The position numbers were made by a program, and so were the translations under genes. Under the pieces are notes generated by a model. It was not told where the DNA came from. It worked only from the letters and a program-made list of their open reading frames with translations, and searched no databases. A DNA stretch of 61,103 bases from Haliotis rubra. Taxonomy: Eukaryota. Every line of letters begins with the position of its first letter. Within the stretch, counting starts at the first letter, position 1. This document shows positions 37,401 to 49,662 of this stretch, one piece after another. The DNA lies in the NCBI RefSeq assembly GCF_003918875.1, contig NW_025767597.1, forward strand, positions 372,001 through 433,103. Direction: 5' to 3'.

Positions 37401-40400
37401 ATATCTGTTTTATTTATGAAGTCAGTCAGGACTATACTTTTGATCGTGAGTCACTCATAACTAACATATTAAAAACGTTCATACTGGAGAATATCTAGGC
37501 TTGATTTTCAAACAGATGTCATTTTGCCTAAAGGCCATAGAGCGATGGATCTTTATCAGGGTAATTTGTTTAGATGACCGAATTATGTTTTGTCTTGTCC
37601 TAATAATAAAAGATCGCAAAATTTATTATGAATTATATTTTCGTGTTTCTGGTCATATTCTACAAAGTAAATAGGAGTTATGAAATCTCCCATTTGCCCC
37701 AGTGAAATTCAATAAACGTAGGAGAATGACAAATATCAGAAAAGCATTAGTTTCCGGTGACTTTTTCTCGTCCCACACTGACCAAGCAAGAGATTAGTGC
37801 TCGATGTGACCCGGCTAGGCTACTTTATCAAGTAACAATTAAATTGGTACAATGCACATTCACAGTAAATTGGAAAATGTAAGAGCATTCACAAGCCTAA
37901 AAGCACATGGCAGGATATGAACACACATACACCTATGGAAATTAAATGAAATGTCAAAGAACCTATTTTGGTAGTAAGTTTAGTAGTAAGTTCTAATATG
38001 CTTGCTTACTCAACTCCATTGTATACAAATCATTGTTACAGAGTTGAGTCATCTAGAAAACTTTCTTTCAGTGCTTAATACATTTCACACAGTTCCACAG
38101 AAAACATATTCAGTGAAGTGGCAACGGAAGAGAGGCAAGGATAATGAGCTGTGAGCAACTTAGCAAATACACTCAGCAACATACTGTAGCCAGAGCTTTT
38201 GTTTATCAAGGGGTTAAAAGCACAGGTGGATGTTATATCTGTGATCTTGGTGCGCTTGACGCTTCCATAACAAATTTCTGTATAACTGAAGCTCAAAATC
38301 AGTAAAATTAGAGAATTGTGCAGTGTGAAAATCAGTAATACAACTGTCCAAAAGATGTCGTGTGACTATTGAATCAAGAAAGAAAGAAAGAAAGGGATCG
38401 TCTCTATACTCACAGGCAATGGATCAAAGGTGCCATGGTCAATCAGTCCATAGTTTCCGGCGTAGAAATCCTGTCTGAGGACTCCTTTCAATCCCATCCG
38501 GGCAGCAATACCAAGTTTGTCCAGCCACCTGAACAGTTTACACTTTCAAAAGATGGTGTAGATGTTCCTTTTGTTGTATTACTAGTACGTTACATAAGTG
38601 CTCACAATTAAGGTCAAATCTTATCTTGGAGTTTTACTTCATAAACATCATTTTAGAAAGAATTATTATGAACAGGCATTGTTCATTATTATGCGAATCC
38701 AATTGACTAATGTACAAAGTGTACGTGGTATATTTTGTGCTGCTGTCTTACGCACAGAAACCCAGCGACGTATCTGTCGGAGATTCCAGTAGCACCGCTA
38801 TCATAACAGGAGGACGTCTCTCCCAGCCACACTGGGGTAAGTGGGTTGGTGCGTCGTGTCACATCCAACGCTGTCTGTATAGTAAAGATCAGGTGGTCCA
38901 TCAACTTGGAATCGGTGAAATTAGAGATTTGTGCAGTATGGCCGTTGGTGTAGTATCTGTACGAAAGGGGAACAGGCCTGATAGTAATGTTTCATCCACC
39001 TTATCTGGTTGGAAATATCACACATGAAACATGTAACATATTGAATAAGTACAAGCAAAAATAATTATTCTATTACATGCTTCATGTTATTCCATCATTT
39101 AACAAATCTGATGATGAACTTTTAAGATAGATAAAATAGGATTATCTCTGGAAACGATTTCATGTGTAAATGAGCAGGTGGATTCGCATAGATAAAAGAA
39201 AGCATTGGTGATGTTTCAGGAGCAACATTCCAAGGTGCAGAGGAACACTTTTATGGATAGACAACTTCGTTATTGCAACAGATGCGACGTTTCTGTGTAG
39301 ATTTATTGCAATAAAGAAGTTCTATCCATAAAAAGTGTTCCTCCTCATCACACCAGCATCTAAATGCCACTTAAAGGAAAAGAAAATTCCAAGGTGTATA
39401 AACAAATTTATCAAAACATTTTAATGCCTACAAATATAATTGGAATGAAATATTTGAACAGGTCAAGTAGACTTGTCATAAAAGTCCACAGCAAACAGTT
39501 GAGCAGTTTAGAACATTTCCTAGATACCAAAATCAACCTACTGGTGGAAGGTTATCCTGTCTACGGCTTTGTCCCCGCCTCCTGTGAAGAAACTGGAAAC
39601 AAGGTGGGGTTAAATTGTGAGTTTGAGGTCTTATGATGTCTCATGTGTTCATGACTATTGTCACTATGATAACCGCTAACATTAAATCAAACTCCACATT
39701 CGAAACACCAATCATCAACTGACGAATCCGTAGGGAACTGTTTACAAATGTATATTGAGGTTAATTCTTGCGTCAACGATTTTAAACGGTATAATGCGAT
39801 ATTGCTGAGGTATGTCCACTTCTCGTTAGTAAGTTCATTGACACAACTGTCGGATAAATACACTCACTCAGCAAAAAAACTGGGTTCTTGATCCCGTTAC
39901 AGACCCCATATCAGGTCCTATTACTGGTGTTTTCTCATACCCTGGCGACGTTTGGAGCAGCTTCTTGAAGTTGTAGAAGTCCATACCCAACTGACTGCCA
40001 CTCACAGTCATGTTATGTTTCTCAGGGAATATGTCAGGTTCTGTAACAATTAACACTTTCCGGATTGCTTTGTGCTAGAAATTGCATGACATGATATTCT
40101 CAAGTCATACGTTATTGTTGGAATTGACAATTGGAACATTTTTCTTTATTGAAGGAAAATGAGTATGAAATAAGGGACAAAAGTGAATTTCTCATTTTTT
40201 TTTTAAATGTTCAAATGCAAGGTCAGGGCACATTTTGTTTAATCCAGTTATTATGTGTCTATTGAATTGTATTGAACAAAATAGGCAGTAGCGTTCAATG
40301 GCTTGTATCCCTGAATATGGCTAGATGAATAAATGTTAGTTTTTAAAAATATTGAAAAAGAACATGATCAGATTTGCAAAGTTTTGGCACATTTCATGCA

Positions 40401-42726
40401 ATTCGTTATTTTGTATTTGAGTCAATCTAACGAAATAAAATGGTTAAGTTATGTATTCAGCACTATGGTTATATTAATACCATTTCCGAGTTCCAGGCCT
40501 GCCAGTTGGTACCCCTTCGCACTGTTGTATTGCAGCAGTTCTTTGGCGTTGGTAGGATCCCAGTGACCACCCTTCCTCTTCAGTACGTTCAGACCAAACA
40601 TTAACTTCCAGTTGACATTACGGACAAATGTAATAACAGCATCCCAGGTAGCTCCTGCAGACACAACAGGCGTAACGATAATGAGGTCCCATTTGCTTAT
40701 GATGCTCCAGTATTCGAAGCACATTTTATCCTGACCCCCCAAACCCAACAGTACTGGCCTTCGAGGTATACACGCGTGCAATACCTTGGCTCCACAAATT
40801 ATATATATACTATTCACACTTTGCTAAGGATCAAATAATTGATTCAACAGAAAACTATGATGTGGGGTTTAAGTTGGTTTAAATATCTAAGCTTCTTGTA
40901 AGCATGAATCCTAGGTTTCAGTATGTCATTGCATCTTGTGGAACCCATTCCCGCTATCGCCAGGTGTTGTTTAGTTGTCAGTGACTCGTTCCATGATGTT
41001 CAAAATGGTTCATTGGTGCTATGAAAACCATTTTTATGGTTACTCATGTATCAAGTGCATAAGGTTAGATTAAAGTGGCTGTTTGCCTAAAGATGTGTTT
41101 CCATATTATTATTTATCCAGTTTCAATTTACAAATCTATGTTTAAGTAAAGTTGGGATTTTTTTTATCCTTAGCAAAGTGTGAGTAGTATATCAATAATA
41201 GATTTAAGCACCTGTAATTGCACGGTTTATGTCAGGTAGCCCCTGCAGACACAACAGGTTTAACGATAGTGAGATCACCAATTAGTTAAGATGTTCGAAT
41301 ATTTGGAGCATCTGATATCCTCTTACCTCAGGGATAATAAAAGTCCGGAATTCTCAGATGGATGTCTATACATGCAAAATACCATAGCATGACAAAATGT
41401 ACAACAGAGAAAAATAGATACACACACCTGTAAATGTATTATTGACATCTGTTGTGCCATGACCTGTAGGGTCAAAGGTCAAACCATCACCTGCAGTTCC
41501 GCCAATCCTCAGGTAGCATGGAGCCAAACCTTTAGCCAGGGCCTGAACTTTCTGAGAGCTGAGGGTAGCACATGGTAACATGATTACATAATATGTACAT
41601 AAATAAGTAAATGAGCACGTTCACCCATCTCCAAGTCGAGGCAGAAACAATGACAAAGTGTTATTTAGTCCAATTTGTCTGAAGGTAGTTGGCTTGACTG
41701 AAGTCATTCTATTTCCTTTTATGAAATACACAATGCCATTTTAGAAAGTGGTCAAATGTAACTTTATGTTATATTTGGGATTACACTTTCTTAGTAAAGT
41801 ACAGATTCTAGTACTTTTTTGGGGTTGAGTCCCATCCGGGATTCGAACCCACACCCTCAGAATCAGGCACCTCATCGCCAGCACGCCTAGTCAGACGCCT
41901 AGACCGCTCAGCCACCGCAGCTTCCACCGGACTAGAATCTGTACTTTACTAAGAAAGTGTAATCCCAAATATAACATAAAGTTATATTTCCTTTTACATT
42001 TACATTTATATAGCGCTAACATCCAGTAGACTGCTCAAGAGCGCTGCTGAACTCCGTATGCAATGCTAAACAAATGAGTTTTTAATCTGGATTTGAAAGT
42101 ACTGAATGTCTCTACTGATCGAAGCGAGGGGTAATTTGTTCCACAAAGCTGGGCCGACAACCTGAAAAGACCTTTCACCAAATGTCTTGGTCCGGCTGAC
42201 TACAGTCTGGCACATGTGTTGTTGTGATCACCTCAGATGGCGTGTTGGTTTATATTCTTGCACAAGGTCTTTTAACAGTGTGCATGAATAAGACAATTAA
42301 TATAATGGGTCCTGAAAGTGATACTAGAATACAACAGTATCATTTTATTGATTTCAATTACTTTGAAGATGATTTACGTGATTAAGATCCAATTTCTGTT
42401 TTTCTCTCGATTATTTGCATCGATAAGATTTGCATAGTATAAGTGTGTCCAAAATACAAATTATAAACAGATGAAAGGAATCTTCAATAATGTGATAGCT
42501 GTCGACCTCTGTGTCGATCACCTTGACCTACTTACTTGAAGTCTAATCCTCCCCAGTGCTGCGGGGCGGGCAGGAGATGGGAGTCCAGAGTGACACCAAT
42601 GAATAATTCATCAATAAATGAAACTGCTTGTGTTGTTAAAACTGTGACACTAACATTGACTGCTCCCGTTGACGTGTGGGATATGAAGGTGGTGACCAAG
42701 AGGAGAGCTGACAGCGTTACCTTCAT
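34411..42726 (-). CDS. HPSE: Heparanase-like GH79 copy D, 10 exons, one +1 frameshift in an A7 run of exon 4 (probable assembly error, otherwise pseudogene)
   Basis: Exons 42726-42536, 41558-41428, 40654-40481, 40040-39868, 39592-39542, 38956-38756, 38528-38414, 35321-35206, 34982-34842, 34570-34411 sum to 1453 nt (1452+1). Plus strand gcaaaaaaac at 39871-39880 versus gcaaagaac in copy A. Motifs ELGN|[20 protein letters not shown]. Confidence 0.8.
35791..37330. repeat. 15-bp minisatellite, about 100 copies, with a higher-order duplication of about 550 bp
   Basis: GRCCAGGTTATATAA units; the variant order in 35879-36418 repeats in 36419-36973. Confidence 0.97.
39240..39343. repeat. Imperfect palindrome (hairpin) in intron 5 of copy D
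   Basis: GAGGAACACTTTTATGGATAGA..CTTC.TTATTGCAA / TTGCAATAA.GAAG..CTATCCATAAAAAGTGTTCCTC. Confidence 0.8.
40810..41187. mobile_element. Tc1/mariner-type MITE in intron 2 of copy D
   Basis: TIRs CTATTCACACTTTGCTAAGGAT / ATCCTTAGCAAAGTGTGAGTAG, TA on both sides. Confidence 0.75.
41722..41984 (-). mobile_element. tRNA(Leu)-like Pol III retroposon enclosed in 59-bp inverted repeats
   Basis: Minus strand GGTGGCTGAGCGGTCTAGGCG (A box) and GGGTTCGAATCCC (B box). Inverted arms 41754-41812 and 41931-41989. 12-bp direct repeat TATTTCCTTTTA at 41710 and 41985. Confidence 0.7.
41992..42290 (-). mobile_element. L2-type LINE 3' end fragment
   Basis: [32 protein letters not shown] peptide and (AATGTA)n tail. 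Confidence 0.7.
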
Positions 42727-44503
42727 TGTCCCAGGCTTTTTTCTAATGTGAATGTATGTCGCACGTAATCTGTATTTATCTGAGATCTGTATTTATCTGA
42801 AGTGATTTCATATAGACTGTGCTGTGTCGCCATTTCAAAATTTTGTGTTTTTAATGAGTAATATCTCGTGAATTGTGACATAACAGCTGACACTCGTCAT
42901 ATTTCGAGTAACCGTACACAGATAGATTGTTGCAAGATAGATCTTACTGTGACACTCCGTCAAATGATCAGCCAAGTTTTAAACCCTGGTCGTACCATTT
43001 CATTTCCGTCCAATCGAACGAAAACGATAAGATTCCAGGGACACGTTCTGACCCAAATCCTCATAGGGTTTATCGTTCATAACATTGGTGCAAATGTCCT
43101 GTCGAGTGATAGGTCTGTTTGCATCAAGGTTCGTTACATTCATGTTACGGAACGCTTCAGCCGTTTTACCAATTAACTGAAGAGAGACTGTGACAAATCT
43201 GCATGACTGTATCTTTCTCAGAAACACAGAAAATGTAATGTCATGGTGTCGACCTTGTAATGTGATGGTGTCGACCTTGTAAGGTTTTGTTTCCTTGACG
43301 TGAATTTCTTCTTAACCGACTCAGTGTTTGAAGATGACTATTCAAATTTATTTGGTTATCACAGGTGTTGAATATTTTGGGCATGGTTAGATTCTAAATG
43401 CCTCCACGTGTCCACCATAAGCGTTTACTGATTCTTTGAATGCTATAACCGTGATCAAACAACTTATGACTCTCTTGGAAATCTTGACAACATGTCCATG
43501 TTCGATTGTACCTTAAACGTTTTGAAATGTAAGTACAAAAGGGTGGAGCTGATGGCAAATTTGTACGGCATGAAGGAAAAGCTGTCTATTGGAAAATGTT
43601 TTCTCGTCTTGAGTTTGTTTGTCACTCTGACACTAAATATATAAACACATGAGGTGGTTTCACTTATCTCAAGTTCAGGTAAATTAGTGCAGGGAATTGG
43701 CTACTTAACCTGAATGGAAACATAACAGATTCGTACATGAAGCTGTCTCCACTGCCACATTACCTTGTTTTGATTTGCCAACCGGAGCAGAAATGAATAT
43801 TATGCAGACCAATTGTGAATGAGGACGCAATCCATAATCAAATGATTAATGAAAGCAATTCCCATGATCTTCCTCAGTATCTTTCAGGCGAGATTTGCGT
43901 TCATATTTGAAACCCTGAATCCAGCCATTGTTCATAAACCATTGTATTGCATTAAGTTGACCAAAGGACTATACTATAATTAACCACTGAATGACCCTTT
44001 ACACGTAACATTAATTCGGCATGTTTCCAAATCCTCCAATTATTCAAACATATATCCTCTGATATATGATACATTTTACCAGTTTTCTCCTGGCTCTTCT
44101 TGTTTAAAAGTGGACCCTTGTTATCATTGTAATTGTACTGCGATTCAAATATGTATGTTTATTATTTTATTTTTTGCTGTTTTATATGCCAAACCATGAA
44201 TTAAATTGATTGCGTGTAAGCTCAAATTAATCACGTCCAAGAAAGAGGCGCCTGTCGAGGTGTATAATATCAAATCATGAAAACCAATCGGTGACAATAA
44301 CATTTTCCCATGTTTGCTCCAGCAGCATCTCAAACAGTCGTATTGGAACCAATGATCGAATGAAGTACTTGATATCTGGACCTATATATAGATAGTTAAG
44401 ATAAGAAATAATTCTTCCTACGTTCATGTCAAGTTTGTTATCTATGCACGCCACAGCCAGTCCTTGACAGTCAGCACCACAGCCACAACAGGCCAAGCTC
44501 GTA

Positions 44504-47500
44504 ATGGTACATACGTTTAGTCCGATTTGGCTCCTAGTGTTACTATGGATACCAGCGTTCACCACGTCACAGCAGCATCAGGTTCATGTGATGATATCTA
44601 CTGACAAAGTTGTGCATCAAGTTGACGAGATGTTTGTTGGAGTGACCATCGACAGTCATATTCTATGGTTAGGGTTTGACCGACATCATTTGTTTCAGTT
44701 AACGTACCTAAATCAGTCTGCTCGGCTGTTGTAAGGGTATTTACATCGTACAGTCATGGCGTCGTAGTGACCTGGGTCATAGGATTGAATCTACTGTGAA
44801 TACATATATCATGTGTGAGTGAGCGAGCTGGTTATACACTGCTTTAAACACTATTCCAGTAAAATCACAGTATAATGTTAGTGGTAAACCCGACATGATG
44901 CAGGCCTAAACCACTGATGCTGACAACATGTATATAATGAAGATAAACTGTGATCGGATCCCAACGTCACAGGATTGTAGAACACCTAAGGGAGGTAACT
45001 GTGTACAGGAAATCGGTGCACCTTGTGTGACTAGGTGAACAGTGTCTCTGAATATACATACATTTACTCAAAAAAAGAAGAAACTTGACATACTGTTTTG
45101 GAGTTTATTTACTGAGTGCATATATCTGATTCAACATTACATCTTGGTTCAATTACAGAAAGGGGTGGTGGGGTAGCCTAGTGGTTAAAGCGTTGGCTCG
45201 TCACGCCGAAGACCCGGGTACGAATCCCCACATGGGCACAATGTGTGAAGCCCATTTCTGGTGTCCCCCGCCGTGATGTTGCTGGAGTATTGCTAAAAGC
45301 GGCGTAAAACCAAACTCAGTCAGTCAATTACAGAAAATCATCACTTTACAAATTTCGAAAACATGATTATCCAGAAAGTGTTTGATTATGAGAAGCCTTT
45401 TACAAACTTCATAGTTGAGTATGTCGTAATACTACTAAGGGTCGCTAATCCAAATTATAGCGGAAAGACGCTTGTACCACTTGGCGACCCAACCAACATC
45501 TAACATAACATTAGGTGTATGTATATTTTACTGTAGCCATGGGCTGTTGGCAAATATATTTGATAATAATTGCATCCCAATTATTAAACAGTTCACCAAA
45601 TCTACAGAAACTCGTGAAAGAACTTGTTCCCTCTTATCTGAGGGTCGGGGGCACCGAGGCTGATCACGTGGTATTTGATCCCCATGCAACACACCACAGT
45701 TCCAACACAACATTACCATTAAACTACTGGGTAAGTATACTGTACCTGTGAAAGACTACTCGCCCTTAACTGTTCTTGAAGAAATCGTTAAGATTTGTAT
45801 CGTTAACTGTATTTCTATGATTGTTATTATTATAGAAATCGCACATAAGATTTGTATGCTCAAGATAATGGTTTCCCTCGATCACTGGATGTCAATCTCA
45901 ACGTCACATCGTATTGTCAATATGAACTCCGATGGGAAGTATACAACTCCCTATTACACGTGTCTTAACTAGGGGGTGAATTTCTGTTTATCCTTTGTTT
46001 GTCATTAAGGCTTTTAGGACATGAGACATGTTGGCCTAAGTCCTTCAATGGCTTGGATTAATGATAAAACTCGAAGGTACATAACGGCGCCCCTATCTGC
46101 ATAGCGTTCGTAGCATTTAGTCATTTATAAAGCCTTTCATAAACTGTACAGTTGAGATAGGTCGTAATACTCCTAACGCTTTGTGGAAAGGGTCGCAAAT
46201 CCAAATTGTAGCGCCAAGACAGGTCTCCAATGCACTTCATATATTATAACGCTGAGGTGGCAACAGTGTGGTTGGTTAGATACCCTGATGTTAGCGTTTG
46301 ATACTTACATACTTAATGACTGATAATTGTTACAACGCTTGAATACAATAAAGTAGCGTGAACTCAATAACTGATACCCCATGAATCAATACCTGTCTAA
46401 GATAGTTAAAGGTAGCCATGAAGATCCGTGATAAAATTGATCTTCAGTAACCCATGCTTATCGTAAGATCGTTGATCGGATGGTCAGGCTTGCTGACTTG
46501 GTTGACACATGTCATCGTGTCCCAATTCCGTAGATTGATGCTGATGCTGTTGATCACTGTTGATCACCGGATTGTGTGGTCCAGACTCGATTATTTACAG
46601 ACCGCTGCCATATACCTGAGACAAGCAGAAATAACAACAACAACCTGGGCCTAGATTTTCGAAGCTCTCTTAGCGCTAAGACAGTCGTAAGTGCCATACA
46701 TTAACATTAACTTACGACAATCTTAGCGCTAAGAGAGCTTCGAAAATCTAGGCCCTGCCAAGGATAGTTGTGGTCCAGTAGTCTGCCTCATTGCCAAAAC
46801 ATAGATTGATATCACTGTGTGCCATTGTGTATCATGCTCTGGTTACGTTCGGGGCTTGTAATGTTCCATTAATGGAATTTCTAAGCTTTGGATAGTTTCA
46901 ATGCATATTTGTGTCTTTGCATTACTTTATGCGTTACACTTTTCAGACGTTTGTAATTTCTCTTTGCAGCTGAAGACTTGGATATACTTAACAAGTTCGT
47001 TCACAGCACAGGGGTGAAACTTATATTCGACCTTAACATTTTGCTGCGGAAACAGGGAAAGTGGGACCCATCGAATGCCGAATTGTTGCTTAAATACTCA
47101 TCACAGAAAGGCTACCATATTGCAGGCTTTGAACTCGGAAATGGTAGGTTATGTCTTTCAAATGCTTAACAAAAGTAACAGCGTGTTTGCCACATCAGGC
47201 ACTTTTACCAGAAGGGATACTGGGGTATCACAGTGGTTAAAGCTTCGACAGGCCGAACACCCATGCATAGTCACTACGTGTTCAACGTGTGAAGGTCAGT
47301 TCTGTTGTATAATGCCTTGATAGTGTTGGAATATTGCGGGAAAATCGTAAAAACAACCTCACTCAGTCTTTGATACACTTTTAATTTTATTTTTTTTCAA
47401 GAACCAAATGCGTTTCATCGCAACGCTAACATCACATTATCGGACGCCCAACTTGTTGGTGACTTTGCACGGCTGAAACGGGTCTTTCAAGGTACATCCT

Positions 47501-48801
47501 ATAAGTCCAGCTTAATCATTGGACCAGATGTGGCTGGACTTCGTGTGGCTCTGGTTGCAGGGTACGTGCCTTTCATTTCCACATACCTGACTGAAGATCT
47601 TTCTGATCCGTGAAAATGCGGGTTAGAATTGGTCTTCAGCATCCTATACTTGCCGTAAGCGGCGACTAACAGAATCGGGTGATCAGACTCAACTTGGTTG
47701 ACACATATCATCGTATCCCAATTGGGTGGATCAGTGTTCATAATGTTGATCCCAGGATTTTCTGGTCCAGACTCCATTATTTACATACTGCCGCCACATA
47801 GGTGGAATATTGCTGAGTGCAGCATTAAGCAACAAACAAATTAACAAACGAACACTTTTCTGTCCATACAAATAATAATTCCTTGTCATGGATATAATTC
47901 GTAGGCTAGGTGCGACATTCTAGGTGTAATCGTCGTCACTTTAAGACCCGGATTCGATTTCCCTCGTGTAGAACGTGGGAAGCCTAAATTCGGGTGTCCC
48001 ACGCCGTGACGGTGCTGCAATATGAAAAGCGGCGTAAAACCACACACACATTTCTTGTATCTACGACCTTTACATTCTCCCGCACAATCCATTACCACCA
48101 TATCAAATAAACCTCGATGACATTTATACATGTATTTCATTTTTGTAAAAATTAAAGAATAGATGAGTTTCATGCATACTGGGATTAGACAAACAGTACC
48201 CTTTGAGTGATCTGTCATCAACTATACACATGAAGCTATGGCGTACCTGGGACGTGGTAACATTCGTCTACCGAATTACAACATTCAAGGCCTCAGTAAA
48301 GCTTTCAAGAAGTTGTATGGTAGACATGTGGAGGACATTTCCAAATCTGATGCATCACTGACAAAAATGATGTCCGATGTAATTCTCTATTATGATTATA
48401 ACAAACGTTCCCGAATTATTTCCGGTGAACAATTGACTAGACTTAGCATATGTTTATGACGGGTGCCGCCGGTGGGGCAGGATACGCCCACCTTAACACA
48501 AACACCCGGTATCATCACTATTTCATAGTGATTCATAAACACATGCTCTGTCACCGTATCGCATGGGGACAATCACTGGACTATGTGGTTCAGACCCGAT
48601 TTGTTTACAAACAACATCATACAGCTGTAATACTGCTGAAACAAATATCTGCTTATGATACAGTCACAACTGTACAATCGACTCTGATTTGGACAGAGAT
48701 TTCTTATGAATAAAAGGGTTTTGTCGCTTCTATCTACTTGTATATTGCAGATTTTTGTCCCATGGTGGAGCAAGTGTCGTAGACGTCGTGAGTTTCCATC
48801 A
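44504..48801 (+). CDS. HPSE: Divergent heparanase-like GH79 paralog E, 5' half (five exons visible), truncated by assembly gap
   Basis: Exons 44504-44703 (or 44730), 45592-45730, 46970-47143, 47402-47561, 48751-48801. Signal peptide, VDEMFVGVTIDSH, PSYLRVGGTEAD, KLIFDLN, FELGN|EPN, IIGPDV, VDVVSFH|gtaagt. The exon 2/3 phase junction is unresolved. Confidence 0.85.
45161..45323 (+). mobile_element. tRNA-derived SINE
   Basis: Near-identical to 33628-33799; TSD tcaattacagaaa. Confidence 0.9.
46415..46643 (+). mobile_element. SINE-like dispersed repeat, same family as 28824-29019
   Basis: GAAGATCCG..TCTTCAGTAACCCATGCTT..GGTCAGGCTTGCTGACTTGGTTGACACATGTC..GGTCCAGACTCG with (AAC)n tail. Confidence 0.75.
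46648..46754. mobile_element. Palindromic Harbinger-group MITE
   Basis: GGCCTAGATTTTCGAAGCTCTCTTAGCGCTAAGA ... TCTTAGCGCTAAGAGAGCTTCGAAAATCTAGGCC with CTG TSD. Confidence 0.8.
47214..47367 (+). mobile_element. Degenerate copy of the tRNA-derived SINE (others near 47905-48045 and 59082-59137)
   Basis: GGGGTATCACAGTGGTTAAAGC...GGAATATTGC...CTCACTCA similarity to the intact copies. Confidence 0.6.
47605..47850 (+). mobile_element. SINE-like dispersed repeat, same family as 28824-29019
   Basis: CCGTGAAAATGCGGGTTAGAATTGGTCTTCAG...GGAATATTGCTGAGTGC with A-rich tail. Confidence 0.75.
48225..48530 (+). mobile_element. Penelope-like retroelement 3' remnant
   Basis: LSKAFKKLYGRHVEDISK..SLTKMMSD resembles a mollusc PLE C-terminal motif, followed by GACGGGTGCC..GGGCAGGA; recognition from memory. 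Confidence 0.55.
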
Positions 48802-48965
48802 GTAAGTAAGAAAGCCGTAACTGACTCTGTTCACTTCTTTTCACACGACGTATAAGTATATAAAGCAACATAGGGTAACCCACACATAAACCGTTAAGCG
48901 ACTCGTAAGCTTTAATCAGGAACTGGTTCTACAAATATTAACTCGTAATTATTCATTTTTCTTTC

Positions 48966-49103
48966 NNNNNNNNNNNNNNNNNNNNNNNNNNNNNNNNNNN
49001 NNNNNNNNNNNNNNNNNNNNNNNNNNNNNNNNNNNNNNNNNNNNNNNNNNNNNNNNNNNNNNNNNNNNNNNNNNNNNNNNNNNNNNNNNNNNNNNNNNNN
49101 NNN
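48966..49103. other. Assembly gap (run of N)
   Basis: 138 N characters. Confidence 1.
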
Positions 49104-49662
49104 TCCTTGGTTTCAGCTTTTGTATCAATTAGCGCTAAGTACTAGTTACATTTAATCAAATTAATTTCATGGTGGGTAATTATTTCATTCCTGAAACACA
49201 TGTATAACATTCATCCGACTTTGACATGTTTCTCCGCCTGTTTTAATAACTTCAGTCATGACTAAAAGCATTATTCAATTTGATTGGTTTCAGATTATTC
49301 AGTCTTGAATTTTCAGTGAAACATACCCCACTGGGCTTAAAGTTATAACTGCAGGCCATTCTGACAGGATGGTTCACTGAAATTCGCTGATTGATTGTTG
49401 TAGGTGCTACATATGTCTGATATTCCCAATGCATCATTATCAAGAGGATGCCACCGTACCAACCCCACCCCTACACAAACCAACCACATCCCCTGAGGAA
49501 GGTTTGGTTTAGTGGGTTGGTCCTTTTTAAAAAATTAAAAACTATCCTTGAAAAATTGACATTTGATCCATCAGCATGGAATGGGTAAAACCAGAGAAGT
49601 GTGCGTCGTGTACATGCACGCAAGATATATATACATGAACAACTGGTCGGTTTCATACTTAC

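Noticed and set aside
10776-42751. Plus-strand MKSNPP/MKSSPF ORFs recurring five times
   Set aside because: They are antisense shadows of heparanase exon 1.
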